NCBI GenBank assembly: GCA_963666205.1
Contig: OY762654.1
Location: 1,280,001 to 1,344,000 of the forward strand
Direction of reading: 5' to 3'
Origin: Synergistales bacterium
GTDB taxonomy: Bacteria > Synergistota > Synergistia > Synergistales > JAFGMB01
Length of the DNA: 64,000 nucleotides
Shown here: positions 46,721-57,017 of the stretch, one piece after another
Numbering within the stretch: position 1 is the first letter of the stretch
How the letters are laid out: every line of letters begins with the position of its first letter
The notes under the pieces: model-generated
What the model saw: the letters and a program-made list of their open reading frames with translations, nothing else
What the model was told of the DNA's origin: nothing
The model's database searches: none
Position numbers and translations under genes: made by a program

Positions 46721-47995
46721 TTACATCATAAGATTTGGTATGAACATTACCAGTTGTGGAAAAAGGATAAGGGCTATAAGAACCAGAAGCAGTGTCAGGA
46801 GGAAGGGCCATATGGCTTTTACCAGCTCTTCCAGGGTAATATTGGCTACCCCGCAAGCCACGTAAAGAACCGTACCTACAGGAGGTGTGATAAGTCCTAT
46901 TCCAAGATTGACGGACATGACAACTCCAAAATAGACAGGATCTATACCGACCGATTCCATTACCGGGAGAAGAATTGGTGCCAGAATAAGCATGGCAGGG
47001 GTGAGATCCATTACGAACCCGACAAGGAATAGAAGAACATTTGCCATCAGAAGAACAAGAATAGGTGAGGTGGTTATCGATGTAAGTATATCCGCAAGCT
47101 GGAACGGAACGCGAGCTCTTGTAAGTATCCAGGCGGTACCCATAGCCATCCCGCAGAGGAAAAGGACTACACCTGTGGTTTTGGCGGTATTGAGAAGTAT
47201 TCGGGGGAGATCTCTCAGTGTTATCTGCCTGTAAACGAAAAGTCCCAGTATCAACGTAACAAAGGCAGCCACAGCACCGGCTTCAGTGGCTGTAAAAACA
47301 CCCGTCAGAATTCCACCTACCACTATCACTGGAATGGAAAGGGCCAGCCATGCTCCCTTCAGGGTCGTCCAGAGACGGTGAAGCTTGAACTTCTGTTCCG
47401 TTTTCCCATATCCCTTCTTTTTACATGTAATATAGGTGGTTATCATAAGTGCAAATCCAACCAGTATACCGGGAATGATACCCCCCATGAAAAGCCTGGC
47501 AATGGATGTGTTCGTAATTATTCCGTAAAGGATAAAGGGAATGCTGGGTGGGATGATTATCCCGATCACTGAAGAAGAGGCTGTGACCGCAGCTGAATAA
47601 TCTGAGGGATATCCCTGTTTTACCATGGGAGGAATTATGAGTCCTCCTATTGCTGCTGTATCAGCAATAGCCGAACCGGAGATACCTCCGAAGAACATGC
47701 TGCTCAGGATATTGACATGCCCCAGACCTCCGGTTATATGCCCTACCCAGGCATCTGCAAAATCCACCAGTTTTTTCGCGATCCCCCCATGATTCATCAC
47801 CTCTCCTACGAACATAAAGAAAGGTATCGCAAGAAGGGGAAAGCTGTTCATTCCCGAAATTATCTTGGATGGAAGTACCATGTAGGGAATTCCCATGACA
47901 TAAAGCATTATAAGGTTCGAAAGACCGAGGCTGAAAGCAACGGGTATACCCAGGAGGATGAAACCGAAAAGAGAAATTAGAAATATCCATAGCAT
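46721..47995 (-). CDS. dctM: TRAP large permease
   Basis: LLAIPFF, GISGSA.AD, IPPS, FTATEA, TPPVG. Confidence 0.94.
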   Translation of the reverse strand: MLWIFLISLFGFILLGIPVAFSLGLSNLIMLYVMGIPYMVLPSKIISGMNSFPLLAIPFFMFVGEVMNHGGIAKKLVDFADAWVGHITGGLGHVNILSSMFFGGISGSAIADTAAIGGLIIPPMVKQGYPSDYSAAVTASSSVIGIIIPPSIPFILYGIITNTSIARLFMGGIIPGILVGFALMITTYITCKKKGYGKTEQKFKLHRLWTTLKGAWLALSIPVIVVGGILTGVFTATEAGAVAAFVTLILGLFVYRQITLRDLPRILLNTAKTTGVVLFLCGMAMGTAWILTRARVPFQLADILTSITTSPILVLLMANVLLFLVGFVMDLTPAMLILAPILLPVMESVGIDPVYFGVVMSVNLGIGLITPPVGTVLYVACGVANITLEELVKAIWPFLLTLLLVLIALILFPQLVMFIPNLMM

Positions 47996-48498
47996 CAGCT
48001 GACATCTCCTTCTGTAAAGGTTTCTCTGAATTGCCTTATATTATCGGCCATTTTCGCAAGATTCATAAAAGCCATAAGGGTTCCGCAGAAAGGCACTATC
48101 ATATATACATATTTCATTGGTATATAAAGGGCCGGGGAAACATTGGTGGCGGATATCGCAACTATCCATCCATACCACACAAGAGCCAGGAGAACCACCA
48201 TTATAAGGACTTCATCAAGAATCTTTATAATACCTCTTATCCTTATTGAGCGGATCCTTTCAAGGACAAAGCTCAGTCCAACATGTTCATCGTGGTAGAA
48301 ACTCAGGGTCGCTCCCAGAAAACAGACCCATATGAAAACGAATCGGGAGAGCTCATCCGCCCATCCCATGGAGTTATTGAGGACATATCTTGTAAATACA
48401 TTGAAGGTAACTACAACGAAAAGGATAAGGGTCAGGACTATCATGGTGATCTTATAAAGCCATCCCGCAAAATGGAAGACAGGGTTTCTTTTCTTCAT
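47995..48498 (-). CDS. dctQ: TRAP small permease
   Basis: RYV, W.DEL.RF.FIW, HV, SPAL. Confidence 0.92.
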   Translation of the reverse strand: MKKRNPVFHFAGWLYKITMIVLTLILFVVVTFNVFTRYVLNNSMGWADELSRFVFIWVCFLGATLSFYHDEHVGLSFVLERIRSIRIRGIIKILDEVLIMVVLLALVWYGWIVAISATNVSPALYIPMKYVYMIVPFCGTLMAFMNLAKMADNIRQFRETFTEGDVS

Positions 48499-48583
48499 AC
48501 TCTTAACACCCTCTCAACTTCTTTTAAAAAGATAAGGCAGAGGGAAAACCTCTGCCTTATCCTGGAGTAATGCAATCGAAAGA

Positions 48584-49594
48584 TTACTTGCTGGCCTGAA
48601 AATCCTTTACAGCCTTCTGAACTGACTTGATGAGCTCTGGTCCGATCTCGTCGGAGAACTGATCGTAAACCGGCTGTACAGCTGCCTGGAATGCAGCCTT
48701 CTGATCGGGAGTAAGAATGGTGACATTCATTACTTTTTTAAGCTCTTCAAGATACTTGGCGTTCATTTCCCTATTGAGTTTACGGTTGTGATCCTTAGCT
48801 TCCAGGGCTGCCTCTTTAACTACTTTCTGAAGATCTTCAGGAAGCTTGTCCCAGAACTTCTTTGATATGAGAAGGACGAAGGGGGAATATACATGTCCGG
48901 TATCGGTTGTATAATCCTGGACTTCGGGGAAGTTCTGAAGGTAGATGGTTCCCCAGGGATTTTCCTGACCGTCTACAACCTTCTGCTGCATGGCTGAGAA
49001 AAGCTCTCCGAAAGCCATGGGAGTGGGGTTGGCACCAAGGGCCTTCCAGGCTGCAAGGTGGATGGGATTCTCCATGGTTCGGATCTTGAGCCCCTTACAG
49101 TCGGCTGGTGAGGAAACAGCCGTTTTACTGTTGGTAAGCTGGCGATAGCCGTTTTCCCAGTAAGCAAGACCGATAAGACCTATCTTGGGAAGCTGGTTGA
49201 GGAGATCCTGACCTACGGGACCATCAAGAACGTAGTCCGCTGCTTCATAGGTTGGGAAAAGGAAGGGAAGGTCAAAAACCTTGAATCCGTTAACAAAAGG
49301 AGCAATGGGTGCAGTGGAAGGACAGGTCATCTCCTGGGTTCCCATCTGAAGGGCTTCCATCATTTCCCTGTCGTCACCAAGCTGACTGGAATGATAGAGG
49401 TCCACAGTTATCCTGCCGTCGCTGTTTTTCTCAGCAAGCTCTTTAAAAAACTTCATAGACTGGTACTGGGCTGACTTGTCATTAAGACCGATACCTGCAG
49501 AGATCTTGTAAACATCTGCTGCCATCCCCATCACGCTGAAACAGAAAACCATAGCTACTGCTGCTGCCAATGCAACTAACATACGTCTTTTCAT
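48584..49594 (-). CDS. dctP: TRAP solute-binding protein
   Basis: QLG, NGYRQ, GLKIRTM, GANPTPMAFGE, VDGQENP. Confidence 0.95.
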   Translation of the reverse strand: MKRRMLVALAAAVAMVFCFSVMGMAADVYKISAGIGLNDKSAQYQSMKFFKELAEKNSDGRITVDLYHSSQLGDDREMMEALQMGTQEMTCPSTAPIAPFVNGFKVFDLPFLFPTYEAADYVLDGPVGQDLLNQLPKIGLIGLAYWENGYRQLTNSKTAVSSPADCKGLKIRTMENPIHLAAWKALGANPTPMAFGELFSAMQQKVVDGQENPWGTIYLQNFPEVQDYTTDTGHVYSPFVLLISKKFWDKLPEDLQKVVKEAALEAKDHNRKLNREMNAKYLEELKKVMNVTILTPDQKAAFQAAVQPVYDQFSDEIGPELIKSVQKAVKDFQASK

Positions 49595-49628
49595 TTACCT
49601 TTTTCCTCCTTAGTAATAAATATATTGA

Positions 49629-50303
49629 TCAATGCCTGTCTTCCAGGCGGGTAGCACCCGATGGATACAACTTTCTGTTCTGGTCAAAATGAATGTTCAG
49701 AAGATAATTTGCCTTCTCGTAGTTTCCTTCCTTGAGAGAGTCAAGAAGGAGCACATGTTTCTTACCCTCTGCCAGCATATCCATGCTGGAAAAATAATGG
49801 ATAAAGAACCAGTAGAGGTTCCCTAGAGCCTCCCAGGATCTTACCAGAGAGGAACTTCCGGAGAGGGCTACTAGATTTTTGTGAAAGTTAAGGTCAGAGA
49901 AGATCTGATCGCGGTGATTTCCCTCTTCGGCAAAGGACAATATCTGTCGTGTATGCTCAGAGAGAGTATCGAAAACATCCTTTCCCTCTAATAGTCCCTT
50001 GCTGATAGCCCAATCTATGGCAGTCCTTTCAAGAAAAGTCCTGACCTCGTAATAGTCTTCCCTGTCTCTATCTGAAAAACTTCGGAGATGAGTTCCCTTG
50101 TAGGGTTCACTGATAAAGAACCCCATGAAAGAAAGGTCTCTGAAGGCTTCTCGAATTACACCCTGGCTCAGTCCCATCTCTCTGGCTACCTGAGTTTCAA
50201 CAATTTTTTCTCCCGGAATCAATTTCTTTTCGAGAACGCAGTCCAGAAGGTAATCGATAACGTCGTCCTTGGTACTGCGCCTTTTGCCATAAAGATTCAC
50301 CAT
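49629..50303 (-). CDS. GntR family regulator (FCD domain)
   Basis: PGEKIVE..VA..MG.SQ..IREA; D..FH. Confidence 0.9.
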   Translation of the reverse strand: MVNLYGKRRSTKDDVIDYLLDCVLEKKLIPGEKIVETQVAREMGLSQGVIREAFRDLSFMGFFISEPYKGTHLRSFSDRDREDYYEVRTFLERTAIDWAISKGLLEGKDVFDTLSEHTRQILSFAEEGNHRDQIFSDLNFHKNLVALSGSSSLVRSWEALGNLYWFFIHYFSSMDMLAEGKKHVLLLDSLKEGNYEKANYLLNIHFDQNRKLYPSGATRLEDRH

Positions 50304-50319
50304 ATCTCAGCCTCCTGAT

Positions 50320-50363
50320 CACCATCTATAATCTATGATAGATAATAGATTATATGGTGTCAA
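50320..50363 (-). promoter_or_regulatory. Promoter TTGACA-N17-TATCAT overlapped by a palindromic heptamer array (GntR operator candidate)
   Basis: ATCTATA ATCTATG ATAGATA ATAGATT at 50324-50351, framed by CACCAT/ATGGTG. Confidence 0.7.
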
Positions 50364-50415
50364 GTTACCATGAAAACAAGAGGACTGAAAAATCAGAAAC
50401 TCCCAAATACATTTT

Positions 50416-51717
50416 TTAACTGACTTTTACCGGCTCATCAGGATATCTCAATATGGGGAGAAGATCTCCGCCACATTTCAGAACTGCAACAGAGGCATCC
50501 TTACCCGCTATGGAAAAAGCTTTTTCCAGGGCATCCTGAGGACCGGCTGCCCAGGTAAATCCGAGTTTTTCAGTGGTTTCCCTGTCTATTCCCGGACTCA
50601 CAAGAATGCCCTTTCCACGTTCCTTTATTATCCGACCTCCATGTACGCTGTGAGCGGCAAGAGTGAGATCGACAAGTTCTCCTTTTTCAACTTTTTCCTT
50701 TATTACCTCGAAGGGCTGATAACCCAGCTCAGAAAGATCGCCATGTCCATAACATACCCCTTCCGGACAAGGTGTTACGAGTATGGAAACCCCTCCTTCC
50801 TTCATGGCCAGATCCGCAGCATAAAGCCCCTTGGCTGCCTGCCAGAGTTCCAGATCTGCTGGATAGGACTCGGCAATAACAATATCAGCAGGTCCATCCA
50901 TGTAAACACCGAAAACCCTCAGGGCATCCTCGCATCCTTTTTTATGTGCTTCAACCGGATCTCCACATGTGCAGGAATAAATATCTTCATTTCTGTCCAG
51001 AACCACATTAACTATAAATTTAAGGCCTGCTGCAACAGCAACATCATTCATTTCTCTACGCACCGGATTATCTACTTTACCCATTATTTCTTTTCCTGTG
51101 AAAAAAGCACTCAGCCAGTGAGTTTGACCTGTAGTGATCCCCCCGGATACACCTGGCTGAATTATTTTGGCTCCTCCGGAAAATCCAGCCACTCTATGAG
51201 GGGTTATATGCCCCACTCCGATAACCAGATCAGAATCAAAAAGAGCCCTGTTGATCCAGATCTCAGTTCCGTTAATAGTTGAAGGAAGCTCTACCAGGCT
51301 CGCTTCATCCGTCCAGAGATGATCGATGAATTCGTATTTATCCACAATGTCCCGACCATATTTTTTTATCTTTTCACTCCGGGTCATTGACCGGTGTGTT
51401 CCCAGGGCGATCATCAGCCTGATATTCCCATGAGAAATTCCGCCCGATATCAACTCATCAATGATCTCAGGAAGAATAATATCTGTTGGAGTATTGCGTG
51501 TATTATCGTCAACGATAATGAGAACTCTGCTGTCAGGTACAACAATATCTGACAGTTTTGCAGTACCCACTGGACTCCTGAGAGATTCTCTCACAAGCTC
51601 CCTCCCCGAAAGGACTCCGGAAGGTGCTTCTGCAGGTTCGAATACTCCCAGAAGATTTTCTTCGGGCACATTGACAGATGGTATATCCTGATAATGAAAT
51701 GTTATATTCACGGTCAT
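50416..51717 (-). CDS. larA: LarA-family nickel-pincer-nucleotide-dependent 2-hydroxyacid racemase/epimerase
   Basis: DD.TR.TP, ALGTHR, PH..AGFSGG.K..PG, H, Q..K, C.EG. Confidence 0.9.
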   Translation of the reverse strand: MTVNITFHYQDIPSVNVPEENLLGVFEPAEAPSGVLSGRELVRESLRSPVGTAKLSDIVVPDSRVLIIVDDNTRNTPTDIILPEIIDELISGGISHGNIRLMIALGTHRSMTRSEKIKKYGRDIVDKYEFIDHLWTDEASLVELPSTINGTEIWINRALFDSDLVIGVGHITPHRVAGFSGGAKIIQPGVSGGITTGQTHWLSAFFTGKEIMGKVDNPVRREMNDVAVAAGLKFIVNVVLDRNEDIYSCTCGDPVEAHKKGCEDALRVFGVYMDGPADIVIAESYPADLELWQAAKGLYAADLAMKEGGVSILVTPCPEGVCYGHGDLSELGYQPFEVIKEKVEKGELVDLTLAAHSVHGGRIIKERGKGILVSPGIDRETTEKLGFTWAAGPQDALEKAFSIAGKDASVAVLKCGGDLLPILRYPDEPVKVS

Positions 51718-51726
51718 GGCATCATA

Positions 51727-52812
51727 TTAAAATATGGAATCCAGCCCAAAAGCATGGGCATAGGAATCCAGCATTTCACAGGTCGGGATGTCAAGCTCCA
51801 CACCCTCTCTCATTGAAAGTGCACGCTGCATATATTCCTTCTGTCCGGGAGTATATACCCTGTCATTGCCCTCAGAAGGAGTACTGTTCTGAAGGGATGT
51901 CAGAATATCACCAACATATTTCCTTATGGGAGCTTCATCGCCAAAAAGATCCAGCCGGAAGGCAGAAAAGAAGTGGCATACCGTTGCTTCCTGTGTCTGA
52001 AACACATCATAAGTCCAGGCACCCATGGAAAGAGGTGCACAGAAAAGCTCAACAAATAACCCCAGACCATATCCTTTATGCCCTCCAAGATCTTCGGTCT
52101 CACCACCAAGGAAAACATTCCCTCCCCGTTCACCGGAATCTGAAGCAAGGACTTCCACCGCTTTGTGCGGATCGTTAATTGTTTTACCTTCTTCATCAAC
52201 AAACCAGCCGGAAGGCATTGTCTTGTTCCGTCTGTCATAGACTCTGAGTTTACCCCTGGTAACGGTTGTAGTCCCCATATCCAGCAGAAAAGGATCTTTC
52301 CCTTCTTCAGAAGGGATGGCCACTGCTATAGGATTGCTCCCCAGTTTCCTGTCCACACTAAGAACAGGCACAGCACAACGGATTGTGTTGGTAAATGACA
52401 TACCGATATAGCCATGCTTGGCAGCCATTTCGGCCCATAGACCAGCCATACCGTAATGATTGCTGTTTCTTACGGCAACATAACAGGCTCCGGTTGCAGC
52501 TGTTTTCTCAATACACTTTTTCATGGCAAACTCCGAAATATATGGACCAATGCCCTGATGACCATCAATTACGATGGATAGAGGAGTTTCAAAAACTATT
52601 TCAGGGTCATTCCGAGGTTTGGCATAGCCTTTCTTCAACTGGTCCTCATAGACTTTAAGACGAGAGACACCGTGGGAAGAAACACCTCTTGCATCAGCTT
52701 CAACCAGTGTTGTAGATGTTATTTCAGCACGATCCTCCGGGTATCCCATGGAAACAAGGATCTCTCTCGTAAGATTATGCAGATCTTCGTAACTTGTCTT
52801 ACCATAGGGCAT
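51727..52812 (-). CDS. Ldh_2 (YiaK/ComC/AllD-type) NAD(P)-dependent oxidoreductase
   Basis: D.RG..SHG, NSNHYG, G.NPIA, LDM.T, GGHKGYGL, PG; start ATG 52812. Confidence 0.9.
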   Translation of the reverse strand: MPYGKTSYEDLHNLTREILVSMGYPEDRAEITSTTLVEADARGVSSHGVSRLKVYEDQLKKGYAKPRNDPEIVFETPLSIVIDGHQGIGPYISEFAMKKCIEKTAATGACYVAVRNSNHYGMAGLWAEMAAKHGYIGMSFTNTIRCAVPVLSVDRKLGSNPIAVAIPSEEGKDPFLLDMGTTTVTRGKLRVYDRRNKTMPSGWFVDEEGKTINDPHKAVEVLASDSGERGGNVFLGGETEDLGGHKGYGLGLFVELFCAPLSMGAWTYDVFQTQEATVCHFFSAFRLDLFGDEAPIRKYVGDILTSLQNSTPSEGNDRVYTPGQKEYMQRALSMREGVELDIPTCEMLDSYAHAFGLDSIF

Positions 52813-52963
52813 ATTAAAGGCCTCCTTTTTGACCTTTCCTATCGTGGATATCAATGATAGGGAAAGACTACTTCATTCTGATCCCCGGGCATTAAAGATG
52901 CAGATACACCTCCATGTTTTTTCAAAGAAACATGGACCGGAGATCAATACACCCAGCTCAGTG

Positions 52964-54115
52964 TTACCACTCTGCTACACAGCCATCCTTTTGACGCCAG
53001 ACTGGATTTTTCCAGTTCAGACTCTCATCCACTTTCCTCCGGACAGCCTCTTCATCAACATCTACACCCAGACCCGGCTTTTCAAGGATATGTGCATATC
53101 CGTCTTTGTATCTGAAAACAGCAGGATCTTTCAGGTAGTCAAGGATATCTACATCGGTGTTGTAGTGAATGTTCAGACTCTGTTCCTGAATAGCTGCGTT
53201 TATGGTACAGAAATCAACCTGAAGACATGCGGCCAATGCTATTGGTCCCAGCGGACAATGAGGCGCTACCGCCACATCGTAAGCTTCTGCCATGGCTGCT
53301 ATCTTGCGGAGTTCCCATATCCCTCCTGCATGGCTTACATCAGGTTGAAGAATATCAACAGATCCGTCCTGCAGCATCTGTTTGAAGTCCCAACGGGTAT
53401 AGTTTCGCTCCCCTGTGGCTATGGGTATTGTGGAGTGCCGTCGAAGCTCCATAAAGGCTTCCCTGTTTTCTACAAGTACAGGTTCTTCCACAAACATCAA
53501 TCGGAAAGGTTCAAGTTCTTTCATCAGTATCCTCGCCATGCTTTTGTGAACCCTTCCATGGAGATCCACGGCGATGTCCAGTTTCCCGTCTGTTGCATCC
53601 TGGATGGCCTGAACCCTTTCCAGAACCTGATCGATCTTTTCATATCGATCTATCCAGTCCATTTCCTCAGTGCCATTCATCTTCACAGCTGTCATTCCGG
53701 CATCAGATCTTTCTTTTGCCGCTGCTGCAACATCCGAGGGCCTGTCTCCACCTATCCAGCCGTAGACTCTCATCCTGTTGCGCACTGAACCGCCCATAAG
53801 CTTATAGACCGGTACACCAAGAAGCTTGCCGTGAATATCCCAGAGAGCCTGCTCTATTCCTGAGATGGCGCTCATAAGTATGGGTCCCCCGCGATAGAAC
53901 CCACCTCTGTAAAGGACCTGCCACAGATCCTCTATCTGTTGAGGATCTTTCCCGATCAGGTATTCTTCGAGCTCAAGAACCGCGGCTCTGACGGTATTAG
54001 CCCGGCCTTCAATGACCGGTTCGCCCCAGCCGCATACTCCCTCGTCTGTTGAAATTTTAAGGAATAACCATCTTGGGGGAACTTTAAAAAGTTCTATTGA
54101 AGTTATCTTCGCCAT
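52964..54115 (-). CDS. dgoD: Galactonate dehydratase
   Basis: PPRWLFLKI.TDEG..GWGEP, FYRGGP, KMNG, D.HGR, EEP, GER, PHCPLGP, EQSL.IHYN. Confidence 0.93.
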   Translation of the reverse strand: MAKITSIELFKVPPRWLFLKISTDEGVCGWGEPVIEGRANTVRAAVLELEEYLIGKDPQQIEDLWQVLYRGGFYRGGPILMSAISGIEQALWDIHGKLLGVPVYKLMGGSVRNRMRVYGWIGGDRPSDVAAAAKERSDAGMTAVKMNGTEEMDWIDRYEKIDQVLERVQAIQDATDGKLDIAVDLHGRVHKSMARILMKELEPFRLMFVEEPVLVENREAFMELRRHSTIPIATGERNYTRWDFKQMLQDGSVDILQPDVSHAGGIWELRKIAAMAEAYDVAVAPHCPLGPIALAACLQVDFCTINAAIQEQSLNIHYNTDVDILDYLKDPAVFRYKDGYAHILEKPGLGVDVDEEAVRRKVDESLNWKNPVWRQKDGCVAEW

Positions 54116-54120
54116 AAGAT

Positions 54121-55149
54121 CTACCTCTGCACCCTTCCGCTGGCATCTCCGCCCATGAGGTTCAGTACATCCTCTTTGGAAACCCTGTTGAAATCTCCAT
54201 AGATGGTATGTTTAATTGCGGATGCAGCAATGGCAAACTCTATCGCTGCCTGATCACCATCAAGATGATTGAGACCATATATCAGACCTGCACCAAAGGA
54301 ATCTCCTCCCCCGATACGGTCCACGATATTTGTGATGCTGTATTTTCGGCTTTCATAGAAAGCATCTCTGGTAGCAAGAACTCCGGACCAGTTGTTATGG
54401 TCTGCACTCACGCTCTCCCTGAGACTTACGGCCAGATACGAGACCTGGGGGAACATGGCCATTACCTTCGATGCCAGAGCCCTGTACTTACTGCTGTCCA
54501 GAGACCCGGATGTAACGTCCACATCGAGCTCTATGCCAAGACACTTCTGACAGTCCTCTTCGTTCGCTATCATCACATCCACATATTTTGCTACTTCGGA
54601 CATTACTTCTACCGGAGGTTTCCCCCACTTCCACAATTTTTTCCTGTAGTTGAGGTCACATGATACAGTGATACCTTTTTCCCGGCACTTCCTCAGAGCC
54701 TCAAGGGTCACTTCTGCTGTACCTGAAGCTATTGCCGGAGTTATCCCTGTTACGTGAAACCATTTCGTATCTTCCAGAATGGAGTCCCAGTCAAAATCTC
54801 CCGGTTTGACCTCTGCAATTGAAGAGTGGGCCCTGTCGTAGATAACCTTTGAGGGGCGCATGACCGAGCCGGTCTGGGTATAGTAGGTACCTACCCTGTC
54901 TCCGCAGCGAATAATATTTTCAGTATTCACATTAAATCTCTTAAGCTCTCCCACTATGGCATCGGCGATAAGATTTTCCGGAAGGGCAGTCACATAGGAA
55001 GCCTTTTCTCCATAATTGGCAAGGGATATAGCCACATTTGCCTCTGCTCCTCCAGGAGTTGCAATAAACTGCGGAGTCTGAAGAATGACCTCCCGTCCCG
55101 GCGGTGTAAGCCTCAGCATTATCTCTCCGAAAGTAACTATTTTTGACAT
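54121..55149 (-). CDS. kdgK: 2-dehydro-3-deoxygluconokinase
   Basis: FGEIMLRL, GGAEANVA, YDR, H.TGITPA, DLNYR.KLW, NEED, DRIGGGDSF. Confidence 0.9.
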   Translation of the reverse strand: MSKIVTFGEIMLRLTPPGREVILQTPQFIATPGGAEANVAISLANYGEKASYVTALPENLIADAIVGELKRFNVNTENIIRCGDRVGTYYTQTGSVMRPSKVIYDRAHSSIAEVKPGDFDWDSILEDTKWFHVTGITPAIASGTAEVTLEALRKCREKGITVSCDLNYRKKLWKWGKPPVEVMSEVAKYVDVMIANEEDCQKCLGIELDVDVTSGSLDSSKYRALASKVMAMFPQVSYLAVSLRESVSADHNNWSGVLATRDAFYESRKYSITNIVDRIGGGDSFGAGLIYGLNHLDGDQAAIEFAIAASAIKHTIYGDFNRVSKEDVLNLMGGDASGRVQR

Positions 55150-55176
55150 TTAACAGATCACCTCTCTGAATCTTTC

Positions 55177-55836
55177 TTATTTATCTGAACGAACAGATTT
55201 TATTGTTTCGATCGTCGTTCGAGCCTTCTTCACAACTGTTTCATAGGCAGCATCCCTGCCCTCTTCCTTTGTAAGTGCGCTTCCCAGCCCCACAGCATAG
55301 GCTCCGGCACTGAACCAGTCACCCAGGTTACTGAGGGATACCCCTCCCACCGGAATTATTTCCACATAGGGAACAGGTCCGTGAACTGCCTTGATAAAGC
55401 CTGGCCCGAGAATACTGCCGGGGAAGGCCTTTACAACATCACATCCAAGCTCAAGAGCCCTTACTGCTTCAGTAACGGTCTGTATTCCTGGCGTACAGGC
55501 AATCCCATACCTGTTGCACATACGTATGACTTCTTCGGAGAGGCAGTGGCAGACAATAAATTCGGCACCAGCCAGTATACTCATCCTGGCGGAAGGAGCA
55601 TCTCCCACAGTACCCGCCCCCAGGATAAAATCCTTACCGGAATTTTCTCTTCGGATCTCTTTAATTACATCCAGGGAACCGGGAAAAGTGAGGGAAACTT
55701 CAAGAACATTTATTCCACCATCTATCATGCCCCTACCCATCTCTATTGCCGCAGAGACGTCAGGAGTACGGATTATGCCTACTACACCTACATCAGCTAC
55801 AGTTTCCATTACTTCAAGTTTTCTTATCTTTCTCAT
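55177..55836 (-). CDS. eda: KDPG/KDPGal aldolase
   Basis: EV, GAGTV, GA.FIV, PG..T.TE, K.FP, P.GGV. Confidence 0.9.
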   Translation of the reverse strand: MRKIRKLEVMETVADVGVVGIIRTPDVSAAIEMGRGMIDGGINVLEVSLTFPGSLDVIKEIRRENSGKDFILGAGTVGDAPSARMSILAGAEFIVCHCLSEEVIRMCNRYGIACTPGIQTVTEAVRALELGCDVVKAFPGSILGPGFIKAVHGPVPYVEIIPVGGVSLSNLGDWFSAGAYAVGLGSALTKEEGRDAAYETVVKKARTTIETIKSVRSDK

Positions 55837-55886
55837 TTATCAGACACCTCCATATAATTAAGGCTTTGACTGTCCTCTATAAAAGG

Positions 55887-56657
55887 TTATTGAGAATAAC
55901 CGAATTCGGCGGATAATCCCGGGATAACCGCAGCGAGAAGAAGACCTAATTCAGCTGCCCTGGTGTCGTCACAGCGATATACGGGACATGTAATGCTCAC
56001 AGATCCAAGGGGATAGCCCTCGCTGTTAAGAACAGGGGCTGCTATACAGCGTATATCGATCTCATTTTCCTGGATCTCCTGGCAGTAACCCTGCTCCGCA
56101 AAATCCTTCCGCTGTTTATAAAAGATCTGCGGATCCGTTATGGTATGGGGAGTACGTTTTTCCAGTTTTTCCCGGCTGATAAAGGATTCGAACTCCGCAT
56201 CCGGTAGAGAAAAAAGGATGGCCTTGCCGGCACCTGTGGAATGAAGCAGGAGGATATCTCCTCTTCTGGACCGCATCTGAAGGGGATGTTTACTCTCGGT
56301 TTTGGAAAGATAGTAGGCATGGCCATTCTCATAACTTACTAGATGGATGGTTTCGCCTGCAACATGCCATATCCTCTCCAGGTAGGGCATGGCCACACTC
56401 AAGAGCTCTGAATTGCCTTTGCAGGCCCTGGCCCACTGAAGCATTTTGGGCCCGATCCGATACTGGGAATGGCTGTCCTTTATGACTGCCAGGTTTTTAT
56501 TAAGAGTCGAAAGGATCCTGTGCACAGAAGGTTTGGATATGCCAGTCGCATCTACTATCTCCTTCAGGCTGCACGACCTCCCCTCCCGGCAAATGTAATC
56601 CAGGATGGCAAAAGTCCTTTCGAGAAGTTGAAGGTTTGTATCTTTTGTTCCGCTCAT
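55887..56657 (-). CDS. IclR family regulator
   Basis: ISKPSVHRIL HTH; LHSTGAGKA; IRCIAAPV. Confidence 0.93.
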   Translation of the reverse strand: MSGTKDTNLQLLERTFAILDYICREGRSCSLKEIVDATGISKPSVHRILSTLNKNLAVIKDSHSQYRIGPKMLQWARACKGNSELLSVAMPYLERIWHVAGETIHLVSYENGHAYYLSKTESKHPLQMRSRRGDILLLHSTGAGKAILFSLPDAEFESFISREKLEKRTPHTITDPQIFYKQRKDFAEQGYCQEIQENEIDIRCIAAPVLNSEGYPLGSVSITCPVYRCDDTRAAELGLLLAAVIPGLSAEFGYSQ

Positions 56658-56960
56658 CGTACCCTCATTCCGTTAAATGATATAACACACTGAAATAATA
56701 GCCTTTTTTGCATCTTTGTCAAACTGGACAAAAATATCAATACTTCAAGGGCTAATGATAAGAACAGAAGAGGGGGGTAGAAATAATATTTTTTTGGATG
56801 GAAAGAACAGAAAAAGAAAAGGAACGCTCTCTGTACATTTTACACTCTTCAGAATGACATGTCATATGGATGTCACGGTAACTGAGGAACACATCAAAAA
56901 CCACCCATAAGAGATACTGATGACCTTGATTCGCAAATCCAAGCTTAAGATAATCCATGT

Positions 56961-56993
56961 AAAAGAGGCCGGGAATCGTTTTCCCAGCCTCTT
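56961..56993 (-). terminator. Intrinsic terminator
   Basis: AAGAGGCCGGGAA...TTCCCAGCCTCTT. Confidence 0.65.
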
Positions 56994-57017
56994 CCTTTAT
57001 TTATACATTAAACCCTT

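Noticed and set aside
52829-53788. 319-aa plus-strand ORF
   Set aside because: Antisense to the well-conserved dgoD; no SD or motifs.
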